A stretch of 56,323 nt of DNA, from positions 1 to 56,323 of the forward strand of contig MGPV01000012.1 of the NCBI GenBank assembly GCA_001797615.1, written 5' to 3'. Below the pieces are notes generated by a model, which saw only the letters and a program-made list of their open reading frames with translations, was not told where the DNA came from and made no database searches. Position numbers and translations under genes: made by a program. This DNA is from Deltaproteobacteria bacterium GWC2_65_14 (lineage in GTDB: Bacteria > Desulfobacterota > Deferrimicrobia > Deferrimicrobiales > Deferrimicrobiaceae). How positions within the stretch are numbered: position 1 is the stretch's first letter; each line of letters starts with the position of its first letter. This document shows, in pieces, positions 29,573-39,845 of the stretch.

Positions 29573-30076
29573 ATGAAGCCGAAGACGAAAAAGAACATCC
29601 AGGCGGCCTTCGCCGGCGAAAGCCAGGCCCACATGAAGTACTCGATCTTCGCGGACGCGGCGAAGCAGGAAGGGTTCAAGAACATTTGTCGGCTCTTCAC
29701 CGCGATCTCCTTCGCGGAGAAGGTCCATGCCAGCAACCATTTCCGCGTCGTGTACGGCGCAGGCCCGACGACGGAGAACCTGCAGTCGGCGATCGACGGC
29801 GAGACCTACGAAGTGAAGAAGATGTACCCGGAGTTCATGGCGGCGGCGAAAAAGGACAAGGAGCCGGACGCCATCCGCTCCATCCACTTCGCCTTCGAAG
29901 CGGAAAAGACCCACGCGAAGATGTACGCCGACGCGAAGCGGTCGGCGAAAGCCGGGAAGGACATCCGGGTCTCGAGCGTCTACATCTGCTCCGTGTGCGG
30001 ACACACGGTTTTCGGGAAGGCGCCGGTCAACTGCCCCGTCTGCGGCGTGAAAAGGAACCGCTTCAAGAAGTTCTAA
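29573..30076 (+). CDS. rbr: Rubrerythrin
   Basis: FAGESQA, FAEKVHA, GETYE, AEKTHA diiron ligands; C-terminal CSVCGH...CPVCG. Confidence 0.93.
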   Translation: MKPKTKKNIQAAFAGESQAHMKYSIFADAAKQEGFKNICRLFTAISFAEKVHASNHFRVVYGAGPTTENLQSAIDGETYEVKKMYPEFMAAAKKDKEPDAIRSIHFAFEAEKTHAKMYADAKRSAKAGKDIRVSSVYICSVCGHTVFGKAPVNCPVCGVKRNRFKKF

Positions 30077-30111
30077 CGAGGGGCGACATCCACTTCGAAA
30101 GGGGGGACAGT

Positions 30112-30525
30112 ATGGCGGACAGGATCCGGAAGGTCGATTACTACAAGGCGGAGATCGCGAACCGTGTCGGGGAGGGGGCGAGAGTCCTCGGTGCCCTGAA
30201 GGCGGCGAAGGTGGACCTGCTGGCCTTCACCGGATTCCCGAGCGGGCGACGCGTGCAGCTGGACTTCGTTCCGAAGAACGCGGCCCTCTTCCGGAAGGCG
30301 GCGAAGAAGGCGGGACTGAAGGTCGCCCTGAAGAAGGGGTGCTTCCTGGCGCAGGGACGGGACCGGGCCGGCGCGGTCGCCACGATCCTGGAGACGCTCG
30401 CGAAGGCGAAGGTGAGCGTCGTGGCGCTCAACGGGGTCTCCGCGGGGAACGGAAGATTCGGCGCCTTCTTCTGGGTCAAGCCCAAGGACGTGGCGAAGGC
30501 CGCGAAGGCGCTCAAGGCTTCCTGA
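30112..30525 (+). CDS. Basic tandem ACT-like domain protein
   Basis: Two beta-alpha-beta repeats (IANRVGEGARVLGALKAAKVDLLAF; QGRDRAGAVATILETLAKAKVSV). Confidence 0.7.
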   Translation: MADRIRKVDYYKAEIANRVGEGARVLGALKAAKVDLLAFTGFPSGRRVQLDFVPKNAALFRKAAKKAGLKVALKKGCFLAQGRDRAGAVATILETLAKAKVSVVALNGVSAGNGRFGAFFWVKPKDVAKAAKALKAS

Positions 30526-30528
30526 TTC

Positions 30529-31986
30529 TTACGGGGGGTGCTCTCCGCCCAGCGATCCGGCCGGGACCGGTCCGGGAACGGGGAGGAGGTGCGCGATCGA
30601 ATTGGCGTAGTACCGGAGCAGCGGGACCTCCCCGGGGCGGACGAAGAAGAGCCCCTCCCGGTCCTCGACGAGATGGCGGAGGGTGAGCATCCGCAGCCCG
30701 ACCGAGACGGAGTAGTCCTGGTCGGCCCGGGGCAGATAGATGTGGGCGCCCGCCTCCCGGAGGGCCTGCATCAGCCGGTGAACCTCGCCCTTCAGTTCGA
30801 GTTCGCCCGTCCCGGATTCCCCGCGCCGGAGAAGGACGGTCGCCACCAGGGAAACGGGCAGGACCGGGATCACCCGGCCCACCGCCTCCATCAGTTCGTG
30901 GGCCATCGCTTCCACCCGGCGGAACCGCTCCTCCCGGTCGGGGGTCCCGAAACCGGCTCCGGTCCGCCGGCAGTATTCCCGCATCGAGATCGGCGTGCCG
31001 AAGTTCACGCAGGCGTACCCGAACCGGTACCAGCGTCCGGTCAGCATCATGCCGAACTGTCGCAGGGCGAACGCCAGGGTGGTCCACGTGACGAATCCCG
31101 CGCTTTTCCGCTTCGCGCCCGGATCCAGGGAGTGGAGCTGGCTTCGATCCTCCAGCGTCCTGTCGTAGTTGATCCCCACCGGGACGAAGACGAGGTCCCT
31201 CTCCCCGTCCGGCCGGAACCCCTTGACCATGTAGGAAAGAAGGCCGAGTTTCGCTTTCCGCATCCCTCCGTCGCGGCTCAACCCCCCTTCCGGGTAGACC
31301 GCCTGCACCACCCCTCCCTCCGTCGCCATGGCGACGTACCGCTCGAGGACGACCCGGTAGAGGGGATCGGCCGAATTCCTCCGGATGAAATAGGCCCCCA
31401 TCGCGCGGATGAGCGTGTGCAGCGGCCAGATCCGGGCCCACTCCCCGACCGCGTAGCTCAGGGCGGTCCGGGTCGCCGCGAGGTAGGCCACCAGGATGTA
31501 GTCCATGTTGCTCCGGTGGTTCATGACGAAGACGACCGTAGACTTCGGGTCGATCGCGGAGATCCCCGCCTCGTCCGTGAACCCGACCCGCACGCGGTAG
31601 AGGACCCGGGCGGTTCGCCGGGCCAGCCAGTACCCCACCCGGAAATAGGCGTAGGCGTTGAAGGAGGGGACGATCTCCTTCGCGAACCGCTCCACCTCGG
31701 CCATCGTCAGGTCCCGGGGGACGTTGCGGTCCCGCGCGCGCTCCCCGGCCGCTTCCAGGACCGCGGGATCGTACATCAGCCGGTCGATCAGGACCTGGCG
31801 CTTGGTCAGCGAGAAGGGGCGGATCTCGAGGTGGAGGCGCTTGCCGATCTCCTCGATCGCACGGCTCACCCGCCGCCGGAGAAACCAGCGCACGCTGGGG
31901 ATCAGCATCCGTTCGAGGATCGCCCAGCCCGCCAGGAGGGCGAGAATCGCGGCAAGCCAGACGGGGAGGGTCACGTTCGCGGACAT
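30529..31986 (-). CDS. Glycerol-3-phosphate/phospholipid acyltransferase (PlsB-like)
   Basis: HRSNMD (HxxxxD), GAYFIRR, YPEGGLSRDG; N-terminal TM segment. Confidence 0.88.
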   Translation of the reverse strand: MSANVTLPVWLAAILALLAGWAILERMLIPSVRWFLRRRVSRAIEEIGKRLHLEIRPFSLTKRQVLIDRLMYDPAVLEAAGERARDRNVPRDLTMAEVERFAKEIVPSFNAYAYFRVGYWLARRTARVLYRVRVGFTDEAGISAIDPKSTVVFVMNHRSNMDYILVAYLAATRTALSYAVGEWARIWPLHTLIRAMGAYFIRRNSADPLYRVVLERYVAMATEGGVVQAVYPEGGLSRDGGMRKAKLGLLSYMVKGFRPDGERDLVFVPVGINYDRTLEDRSQLHSLDPGAKRKSAGFVTWTTLAFALRQFGMMLTGRWYRFGYACVNFGTPISMREYCRRTGAGFGTPDREERFRRVEAMAHELMEAVGRVIPVLPVSLVATVLLRRGESGTGELELKGEVHRLMQALREAGAHIYLPRADQDYSVSVGLRMLTLRHLVEDREGLFFVRPGEVPLLRYYANSIAHLLPVPGPVPAGSLGGEHPP

Positions 31987-32179
31987 CGGACCTTCTCCAT
32001 TCCCGTATTCTAAACCGACACCCGGATTTTCCGGAGCGATCCTTTGGGGAGGGGTCGCGCAGGATCCCCTGGTCATCCCCGTGCTGGCCGCACCCCCGGT
32101 TTCCATGTATCATTGGAGGAATGCCGGGGAGGGCCGTCCCCCCCCCCCGGACGCATCTCCCTTGGACCGGAGGAGGTCG

Positions 32180-32500
32180 TTGAACACGGGAAAGGGATCC
32201 TGGAAAGTTTCCGCCGCACTGTTATTCTCAGCCGCCTTGCTGATCCTGTCCGCGTCAGCTTCCTTCGCCTCGACCGCCGGGGAGATCTGGAACCACGAAC
32301 TGTACGAGATCGACAATCACGTCATCCGGGTCAGGCAGGTGACCGTCTCCCTCGGGTTCCTGGTCGTCGGCATCCTGCTGCTCAACCAGGGGATCCGCCT
32401 GTTCCGCAAGCGCGTGCTTCCGCGCACCACCCTGAAGCCGATCGAGCTCCGGCTGCTCGGGTCTTCCGGAATCCCGGGCTTGAAGGGGGAGGACGGGTGA
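32180..32500 (+). pseudogene. Remnant of an MscS/MscK-type channel gene (N-terminus joined to a C-terminal tail)
   Basis: GGAGG RBS and TTG start; signal-like segment; IWNHELYEIDNHVIRVRQVTVSLGFLVVGILL..RVLPRT then an abrupt PIELRLL tail. Confidence 0.5.
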
Positions 32501-33693
32501 GGACCGACCCGCCCGGAAAGTCCTCCCTCGTCTCGCGTGCGGCCCGGGAATCGAGGAAGCTTCTCCGGGGGAACCTGACCCCGCGCGGGATCATGGCGGC
32601 GGCGAAAACCCCCTCCTCGGTCAAGAGGAACTATGCCCGGATCTTCTGCCGGGACGCCTCCATCTGCGCCCTGGGGATGGCCGGTTCCGGGGATTCGCTG
32701 CTGGAGGAGATGGCGGGCCAGGGCCTTCGGACCCTGGCGGAGCGCCAGGCGGACAACGGGCAGATGCCGAATTACGTCGACCCCGATTCCGGGGAAACCG
32801 ACTTCTGGTATGTCGGCTGCATCGACGCCACCCTCTGGTGGCTGATCGCCTTGGAATATTGCGAGCGGCGCATTCCGGGCGTGGGGCTTCGCGCAGGCCT
32901 CCGCGCAAACGTCGAAAGGGCGATCGCGTGGCTGCGCTGCCAGGAGCACCCGGAGCACCTCCTCCTCCAGCAGAACGAGGCGAGCGACTGGGCCGACATC
33001 ATGCCGCGGTCGGGGTATGTGCTCTACACGAACGCCCTGTGGCATCGGGTGAAGCGGCTCTATTCGCTTCCCCGGGCGGAGGAGACGCGGGAGAACGGGG
33101 ACAGGCTCTTTTCCTCCGGATCCAACGGGCGGCCGTCGCCGCGGCGCCTTTGCCTCCTTTCCCGCTACATGCGCAACGGGAGGGGGAAGGAGAATCCCGG
33201 GGAGCTGTATGCGAGCTTCGTCAATTTCTCCTTCTGGGGAGGGGAAGGGGATGTGTTCGGGAACCTGCTGGCCGTCCTCTTCGGCCTTGCTTCCGGGGAA
33301 CGCTCCCACCGGATCGTCTCTTCGCTTCAGGAGGAGGGGGTCGACGTTCCCTTCCCCGTTCGCGCGGTGTGCGATCCGATCCGAAGGCAGGATCCCCTCT
33401 GGCGCCCCTACATGAACCGGCACCGTCAGAACGGCGCATACCGGTACCACAACGGGGGAGCCTGGCCCTTTCTCGGGGGTTTCTGGGTCGCCGCCCTGGC
33501 CCGCACGGGAAGGGAGCGGGAGGCGCGGGAGGCGCTGGAGAGGCTGGCGCGGATGAACGAGACGAACGGCTGGGCGTTCCAGGAGTGGTTCCACGGGCGC
33601 ACCGGCCTTCCCCGCGGCATGCCCGGCCAGTCGTGGAACGCCGCGATGTTCCTGCTGGCGCGGCGCTCGCTGGAGGAGGATCCCTTCCGATGA
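32497..33693 (+). CDS. (alpha/alpha)6 glycoside hydrolase, GH100 invertase/amylo-alpha-1,6-glucosidase-like
   Basis: NYARIFCRD, DATLWWL, QNEASDWAD, YHNGGAWPFLGGFW, FQEWFHG...QSWNAA. Confidence 0.82.
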   Translation: MRTDPPGKSSLVSRAARESRKLLRGNLTPRGIMAAAKTPSSVKRNYARIFCRDASICALGMAGSGDSLLEEMAGQGLRTLAERQADNGQMPNYVDPDSGETDFWYVGCIDATLWWLIALEYCERRIPGVGLRAGLRANVERAIAWLRCQEHPEHLLLQQNEASDWADIMPRSGYVLYTNALWHRVKRLYSLPRAEETRENGDRLFSSGSNGRPSPRRLCLLSRYMRNGRGKENPGELYASFVNFSFWGGEGDVFGNLLAVLFGLASGERSHRIVSSLQEEGVDVPFPVRAVCDPIRRQDPLWRPYMNRHRQNGAYRYHNGGAWPFLGGFWVAALARTGREREAREALERLARMNETNGWAFQEWFHGRTGLPRGMPGQSWNAAMFLLARRSLEEDPFR

Positions 33694-34400
33694 TCTTCCG
33701 CCGGTCCGCCGGATGGGCGTTTCCCGTCGTGCTGCTCCTGGCGGCCGTTCCGCGCGCAGGCGCGGAAGATCCGTACCTTGCGGCGCGTCTCGCGATGGTG
33801 GAGGAGCAGATCGCAGGGGAGGGGGTCGTCGATTCCCGTGTGCTCACGGCGATGCGGGAGGTCCCCAGGCACCGGTTCGTCCCCGCGGAGTACCGCCATC
33901 TCGCCTACATCCCCCGCCCGCTTCCGATCGGGGAGGGGCAGACGATCTCCCAGCCCTACATCGTCGGGTTCATGACGGAGATCCTCCGGCTTCGGGACAC
34001 GGACCGGGTGCTGGAGGTGGGGACCGGCTCCGGGTACCAGGCGGCGATCGCCGCGAAAATCGCCGCCGAGGTCTACAGCGTCGAGATCTTCGAGGTGCTG
34101 GCCGACCGTTCCCGCCGGACCCTCGACGAGCTGAAGTTTCCCAACGTGGTCACGAAGCAGGGGGACGGCTACTACGGGTGGGAAGAGAAGGCGCCCTTCG
34201 ACGCGATCATCGTGACCTGCGCAGGGGGGCATGTCCCTCCGCCGCTCCTGCGGCAGCTGAAGCCGGGAGGGAGGATGATCATGCCGGTGGGCGGTCCGTT
34301 CATGACCCAGAACCTGGTGTTCCTGGAAAAGCATGCGGACGGATCGTTGTCCCAGAAGAATGTCCTCCCCGTCGCATTCGTACGGCTTCTCGGCCACTGA
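33690..34400 (+). CDS. pcm: Protein-L-isoaspartate O-methyltransferase with a signal-peptide-like N-terminus
   Basis: VPRHRFVP, IGEGQTISQPYIV, VLEVGTGSGYQAA, APFDAIIVT, QLKPGGRMIMPVG. Confidence 0.93.
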   Translation: MIFRRSAGWAFPVVLLLAAVPRAGAEDPYLAARLAMVEEQIAGEGVVDSRVLTAMREVPRHRFVPAEYRHLAYIPRPLPIGEGQTISQPYIVGFMTEILRLRDTDRVLEVGTGSGYQAAIAAKIAAEVYSVEIFEVLADRSRRTLDELKFPNVVTKQGDGYYGWEEKAPFDAIIVTCAGGHVPPPLLRQLKPGGRMIMPVGGPFMTQNLVFLEKHADGSLSQKNVLPVAFVRLLGH

Positions 34401-36774
34401 TCCCCGGCCCTCCTCGGTCCTCCCCGCCGTCTTCCTGGTTTCGGCGGCGGCGATCGCGGACGAGATCTTCCTGATCCGCCTTCTTTCCGTCCGCTTCTGG
34501 CCCCACTTCGTACCGCTGATCCTCTCCCAGGCGATGCTCGGATTCGGCGCGTCCGGCATCGCGATCCACCTGCTCCGGGAGCCGATCGGACGGTCCCCGG
34601 GGAGGGTCTTCCCCTGGCTGGTCCTCCTCGCCGCTCCGGCGTTCGACCTCGCCTTCCGGGCGTCGCTGCTCGTCCCGTTCGACCCCTATATCCTGCTGTG
34701 GGATCCGTTCGCCTGGCTTCCCTTCGCCCTCTTCTTTCTCCTGCTCTCCGTTCCGTTTTTCCTCGTGGGGAGCGCGGTCGGCCTGCCGCTCTCCTTCCGG
34801 ATCGGGAACCCGGGGGTCGTCTACGGGGCGAGCTTCGCAGGCTCTGCCGCGGGAGCCCTGATCGCGCTTCCGGCCCTTTCGCTCCTTCCCACGGAAAGCC
34901 TGCTGAAAGGGGCGACCGCGCTGGGATTCGCGGGGGCACTGTTCGTGGTGCCGCGAGCCCGCGGGGGGATATCGGTGAGCCGGGCGGCGGCCGCGGCGGC
35001 GTCGCTGGCGCTGATCCTCCTTCCTGCGCCGGACCTTCGGCTCTCCCCCTACAAGGATCTGGCCGTCGCCGGACGGCTCCCCGGCGCCCGCATGCTGGGA
35101 GTCCGGGCGGGCCCGTCGGGCGACTTCCGCGCCCTGTCCGCCCCGGGCCTGCACATCGCCCCCGGCCTTTCGTTCCGGTTCGACGGGGAGATCCCTTCCC
35201 AGGCCGCTCTCTTCGCGGACGGCGAGTTCCGGGGCGTCATCCCGCAAGGGGGCGGGGCGGATCCTCCCCGGTATCTCTCCTGGTTCCCGTCGTCTCTGCC
35301 GTACCGTCTGGCGGCCCGCCCCGAGGTCCTGCAGCTTTCGCTCCGCGGAACGGAAGGGATCCTGGAGGCCGCCGCGAACGGCGCCTCCTCATTGACGGTG
35401 GTCGAACCGGCGGGCGAGGCGGCGGCGCTCCTCGGGAATCTTCGATCCTTTTCCGGAGACCCTCCGGCCTCCCTTCGTCTTTCGATCCGGGAGGAAGGGG
35501 CCAGAAATTATCTCGCCCGGGGGGAAGGGCGGTTCGACATCGTGGAAATCCACGGGGTTTCCTCCTCGACCTTCTCTTCCGTCGGAATCCACGCGGCGGG
35601 GGAGGCCTTCCTGCTGACGAGGGAAGGGATCGGGGCTGCGCTCTCCGGGACGAAGCCGGACGGGATGCTCGCCGTCTCCGGGTGGCTGAAGAGCCCGGCC
35701 CGGGAGAGCGTCAAGATCCTGCGGACCCTACGGGAGGAGATGGAGGGGATGGGGCTGCGCCCCGTTCCGGAGCGGGTCCTGATGGTGAGGGGATGGGGTT
35801 CCTTCACGATCGTCGCGAAGAGGATCCCACTGACCCCGGCGGAGCGTGAGGCGGCGGATCGCTTCTGCGCGGAAACCGGGTTCGAGGTCGTCTGGCCGCC
35901 TGCGCGGGGGAGGAGCGAGGAGCCCGGGGAACGGGCTCTCGCCGCCGCGGTGCAGGCCGCTCTCATCGGAGGGGCGGAGAAGGAGGGCGCGTTGTTCGAT
36001 CTGCGCCCGGCCACGGACGACTCCCCCTACTTCTACCGGTTTCTGCGGCTCGGGGCGATCGGGGAATTCCGAAGGTCTCTCGGGAGCCAGTGGGTCCCCT
36101 TCCTGGAGTGGGGGGTCCTCTTCCTCCTGATTTCCCTGGCGGTCTCGTCGGCGGTGGCGGCCGTGTTGCTCCTGCCGCCCGTACTGTTCGGAGGCGGGAA
36201 AGGGGGCAGGCCGCCGGTTTCCCTCGCGGGCTACTTCTCGGCGCTCGGATTCGGGTACATGCTGGTCGAGCTGACCTTCCTCAAGACCGGGATCCTGTTG
36301 CTGGGAGATCCGGTGGGGGCGGCGAGCGCCGCGATCGGCGGGTTCTCCTTCTGTTCCGGGGCGGGAAGCATGCTGTCCGGCCGGATCGGCGGGGACGAGG
36401 CGATGCGGCGGTGGATCTTTCCCGGGATCGCGATCCTTTCCGCGGGGGGATACCTCTTCCTTTCGATTGCCGCGCCGCGGATCCTTCCCCTCCCGGCGGG
36501 AGTGCGGGTGGCGTTGTTCCTCGCCGCCATGGCGCCGGCCGGATTCCTCATGGGGATCCCGTTTCCCGCGGGGCTCTCCCGGCTTTCGGCCGCCGGTTCC
36601 CGGGCGATCCCGTTCGCATGGGGGGTCAACGGGTTCTGCTCCGTCGCCGGGGCGTCGCTCGCCGCCGCGGGAGCCCTCTGGTTCGGCCTCCGGGGAACCC
36701 TGCTCGCGGGGTCGCTGCTCTACCTGCTCGCGGGGGCCCTGTTCCGCCGCCTGGGGGAGGGGCAGCAAATTTGA
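34360..36774 (+). CDS. Multi-pass membrane protein with a central spermidine-synthase-like domain (start uncertain)
   Basis: N- and C-terminal TM bundles; central LTVVEP...RNYL...FDIVEI...AFLLTREG and RPATDDSPYF; ends FAWGVNGFCSV. Confidence 0.8.
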   Translation: MSSPSHSYGFSATDPRPSSVLPAVFLVSAAAIADEIFLIRLLSVRFWPHFVPLILSQAMLGFGASGIAIHLLREPIGRSPGRVFPWLVLLAAPAFDLAFRASLLVPFDPYILLWDPFAWLPFALFFLLLSVPFFLVGSAVGLPLSFRIGNPGVVYGASFAGSAAGALIALPALSLLPTESLLKGATALGFAGALFVVPRARGGISVSRAAAAAASLALILLPAPDLRLSPYKDLAVAGRLPGARMLGVRAGPSGDFRALSAPGLHIAPGLSFRFDGEIPSQAALFADGEFRGVIPQGGGADPPRYLSWFPSSLPYRLAARPEVLQLSLRGTEGILEAAANGASSLTVVEPAGEAAALLGNLRSFSGDPPASLRLSIREEGARNYLARGEGRFDIVEIHGVSSSTFSSVGIHAAGEAFLLTREGIGAALSGTKPDGMLAVSGWLKSPARESVKILRTLREEMEGMGLRPVPERVLMVRGWGSFTIVAKRIPLTPAEREAADRFCAETGFEVVWPPARGRSEEPGERALAAAVQAALIGGAEKEGALFDLRPATDDSPYFYRFLRLGAIGEFRRSLGSQWVPFLEWGVLFLLISLAVSSAVAAVLLLPPVLFGGGKGGRPPVSLAGYFSALGFGYMLVELTFLKTGILLLGDPVGAASAAIGGFSFCSGAGSMLSGRIGGDEAMRRWIFPGIAILSAGGYLFLSIAAPRILPLPAGVRVALFLAAMAPAGFLMGIPFPAGLSRLSAAGSRAIPFAWGVNGFCSVAGASLAAAGALWFGLRGTLLAGSLLYLLAGALFRRLGEGQQI

Positions 36775-36934
36775 TTTTTCCGGTAAACCTTTGTATGGTA
36801 GGCGCATAGAGTTCGACGGACATCCCCGACCGCCAACGGTTTTTCGACGTTTCGTCCGATGGGGACCGCACGGTGCCCCGCCGCCGTGTCCGGACGCCTT
36901 TTCGATCGCCCACGCCCTGGAGGGAGGAGCCCCG

Positions 36935-38422
36935 GTGACATCCGGTGATCTGTCGGAGATCGTGGCCCGCGTCGCCGCGGGGGCGAAGCTGATCGTGGTT
37001 TCCAACCGGGAGCCGTACCTCCACGAGCGGGTCGCGGAAGGGGTGAAGGTCATCCGGCCGGCGAGCGGGATGGCGTCGGCGCTTTCCCCCATCGTCCGGG
37101 CCGTCGGGGGGACCTGGATCGCCCACGGGGCCGGCTCCGCGGACCGCCTCGTCGTGGACGAGAAGGGCCGGGTCGCGCTGCCGGCGGAGGATCCGAAGTT
37201 CGTGCTCCGGAGGGTCTGGCTGACCCGGAAGGAGGAGCAGGGATACTACCACGGCATGTCGAACACCGCCCTCTGGCCGCTGTGCCACACCGTCTACAAG
37301 AGGCCGTTCTTTTCCCGGAGCGACTGGGAGACCTACCGGAGCGTCAACCGGAAGTTCGCCGACGTCGTCCTGGAGGAGGCCGGGAGCGACCCCGCGATCG
37401 TCTTCGTCCAGGACTATCACCTGGCGCTGCTTCCCCGCTACGTGAAGACGGGACGGCCCGACATCAAGGTGATCCATTTCTGGCACATTCCCTGGCCGAA
37501 CCCGGAGTCCTTCCGGATCTTCCCCTGGGGGGAGGAACTGCTGGACGGCCTTCTGGGGAACGACCTGCTCGGCTTCCACATCCAGTACCATTGCAACAAT
37601 TTCCTGGAGACGGTGGAGCGCAGCATCGAGGCGATGGTCGATCACGAGAGTTTCCGGATCTTCCGGGGGGGGCGCCCCACCTATGTGCGGCCGTTCCCCA
37701 TCAGCGTGAACTACGAGCAGATCGGGCGGGACGTCCTGTCGCCGACGGTGGAGAAGCGCACCGACGGGTTCATGAAGGAGCTGGGGGACATCGACGGGGT
37801 CTTCCTCTTCGTCGGGGCCGACCGGATCGATTACACGAAGGGGATCCTGGAGAGGCTCCGCGCGTTCGACCTCATGCTTCAGCGCCATCCGGACCTCTGC
37901 GGGAAGGTGGCCCTCGTCCAGCTCGCCGCTCCCAGCCGCACCCACGTGGAGGCCTACCGGAAGCTGAACGACGCCATGGACGATCTGGTGGACGAGATCA
38001 ACTGGCGCCACCAGACCGAGGAGTGGTCTCCCATCCGGTTCCTCCGGGCGCACCATGACTATTACGCCGTTCTCTCCGCCTACCGAATGGCCCATGTCGT
38101 CCTCGTAACCTCCCTCCACGACGGAATGAACCTCGTGGCGAAGGAGTTCATCTCCGCCCGGATCGACGGAGACGGGATCCTGGTGCTCTCCCAGTATACG
38201 GGCGCGGCCCGCGAACTGGGCGAGGCGACGCTCCTGGTGAACCCCTACGATCTCGACAGCATGGCGGACGCGATGGTCCGGGCCTTCCGCATGCCGGAAG
38301 AGGAGCGCCGCCTGCGGATGGAGCGGATGCGCGCCCAGGTCGAGAAGAGCAACGTGTACGACTGGGGTGGGAAGGTGTTCGAAGAGCTGGAGCGGATCCT
38401 CTTGATGAAAGCCTCCCAGTGA
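36935..38422 (+). CDS. otsA: Trehalose-6-phosphate synthase (GT20)
   Basis: VVSNREP, VFVQDYHL, FWHIPWP, DRIDYTKGI, TSLHDGMNLVAKEF. Confidence 0.95.
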   Translation: MTSGDLSEIVARVAAGAKLIVVSNREPYLHERVAEGVKVIRPASGMASALSPIVRAVGGTWIAHGAGSADRLVVDEKGRVALPAEDPKFVLRRVWLTRKEEQGYYHGMSNTALWPLCHTVYKRPFFSRSDWETYRSVNRKFADVVLEEAGSDPAIVFVQDYHLALLPRYVKTGRPDIKVIHFWHIPWPNPESFRIFPWGEELLDGLLGNDLLGFHIQYHCNNFLETVERSIEAMVDHESFRIFRGGRPTYVRPFPISVNYEQIGRDVLSPTVEKRTDGFMKELGDIDGVFLFVGADRIDYTKGILERLRAFDLMLQRHPDLCGKVALVQLAAPSRTHVEAYRKLNDAMDDLVDEINWRHQTEEWSPIRFLRAHHDYYAVLSAYRMAHVVLVTSLHDGMNLVAKEFISARIDGDGILVLSQYTGAARELGEATLLVNPYDLDSMADAMVRAFRMPEEERRLRMERMRAQVEKSNVYDWGGKVFEELERILLMKASQ

Positions 38423-39195
38423 GGGGAGGAACCGCGCCCGGGCGGCTCTGGGTGTTCGATTTCGACGGGACCCTCTCCCCGATCGTGCCCGACCGGAACG
38501 CGGCGGGGCTCCACCCGGCCTCCCGCGGCCTGCTCCGGGACCTTTCGGCGCAGGACGGGGATCGGGTGGCTGTCCTCTCCAGCCGCGCGCTGCCCGACCT
38601 GGTACCGAGGGTTCCGGTCCCCGGGGTGTACCTGGGAGGGGGAAGCGGAGTCGAGTGGCGGTTTCCAGGAGGGCATCGGGCCGGGATGGGAAACGAGGCG
38701 GTGAGGCGTGCGGAATCGGCGCGCGCTGCGCTTCTCCCCCTGCTCGCGGAGTGTGCAAAGGTTCCGGGGGTGGAGATCGAGGACAAGTACTGGTCGGCGG
38801 CGGTCCATCATCGGAAGGTCTCCCCGGACGGTTGGGGGGTGCTGGAGCCGCTGCTGATGCGGCTTCGGTCTAACCTAAATATACATTCAACATCAGGGCC
38901 TTGTGTCGAAGAATATCAGGTTCTTCGTGAAGTAAACAAGGCGATGGGGATCCAGCGGCTTTGCCGCCTGCTCCGGTTCGACCCCACCCGGGGCGGGGTC
39001 CTGTACGCCGGAGACGACGAGAACGACGGGATCGCCATGCGCTGGGTCCTGGCCAGAAGGGGGAGGGCTTTCGCGGTCGGCGGAAGGGGTTGGGTACCCG
39101 GGGCACGGGTCGTCGCGGGACCGTCGGGTCTGGCACGGGCCGTCCGGGCCCTTGCGGAAAACGGAGGAACGGGGTGTGTCCTGGGATGGCGTTGA
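38419..39195 (+). CDS. otsB: Trehalose-6-phosphate phosphatase (HAD)
   Basis: FDFDGTLSPIV, EDKYWSAAVHHR, VNKAMGI, YAGDDEND. Confidence 0.92.
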   Translation: MRGGTAPGRLWVFDFDGTLSPIVPDRNAAGLHPASRGLLRDLSAQDGDRVAVLSSRALPDLVPRVPVPGVYLGGGSGVEWRFPGGHRAGMGNEAVRRAESARAALLPLLAECAKVPGVEIEDKYWSAAVHHRKVSPDGWGVLEPLLMRLRSNLNIHSTSGPCVEEYQVLREVNKAMGIQRLCRLLRFDPTRGGVLYAGDDENDGIAMRWVLARRGRAFAVGGRGWVPGARVVAGPSGLARAVRALAENGGTGCVLGWR

Positions 39196-39845
39196 CGCCG
39201 TTCGAGATCAAGGATTGCGCCCTCCTGGTGCGGATGAGCGGGCTTCCCCCCGCGTTCAACCTGCGGGAGCTGCGGATGCGGGTCGCCGCCTGCAGCGAAT
39301 CGGTCCTCTTCCATCATTTCTGCGAGACGCCGATCCGTCCCACCTTCGACAACCCGGACTACCGGAACGACTTCGCCGTCTGGGCGAAGCTGTATCTGGG
39401 CGACCGGGTTCTCGCGGAGCGTTTGGGGATCATCGACCCCTATTCCATGGCCTCCCTCGAGGATCTGCGCGCCGCCGCTCTGGAGATCCTCGAGGACCGG
39501 CTGAGCGAAATCACCGATATCCCCTCGGTGTCCCGCGGGGACGAGTTCTATTTCCTGGAAGCGACGACGGTGACCTTCGACACGGGAGAGAGGATCGCCC
39601 ATCCTCGCGACCTGGCTGCGGCGATCCGGGGGATGACGAACGGGAGCGTCTACTATCATTTCCTGGAGGCCCGGCGGCGGCAGGTCGTCGGAAAAGACGA
39701 TTTTTCGGCGTGGCTCCGGGGGGACCCGGAAACCTACAGGACCTTCATCGCCGCGCTGGAGTCGATCGACTTCTACTTCTACAGCCTTCCCGAGCTGAGA
39801 CGGCAGATCGTGGAAGCGCTCACCCAGGGAGGAAAGCGGAAATGA
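39186..39845 (+). CDS. DUF5752-family protein (TreT-associated)
   Basis: Two internal repeats, SVLFHHF...NDFAVW and SVYYHFLEA...DDFSAW; lies directly upstream of treT. Confidence 0.8.
   Translation: MALTPFEIKDCALLVRMSGLPPAFNLRELRMRVAACSESVLFHHFCETPIRPTFDNPDYRNDFAVWAKLYLGDRVLAERLGIIDPYSMASLEDLRAAALEILEDRLSEITDIPSVSRGDEFYFLEATTVTFDTGERIAHPRDLAAAIRGMTNGSVYYHFLEARRRQVVGKDDFSAWLRGDPETYRTFIAALESIDFYFYSLPELRRQIVEALTQGGKRK

Noticed and set aside
29401-30525. 374-aa track ORF
   Set aside because: Artefact joining the hpt relic, an off-frame pass through rbr, and the real ACT gene starting at 30112.
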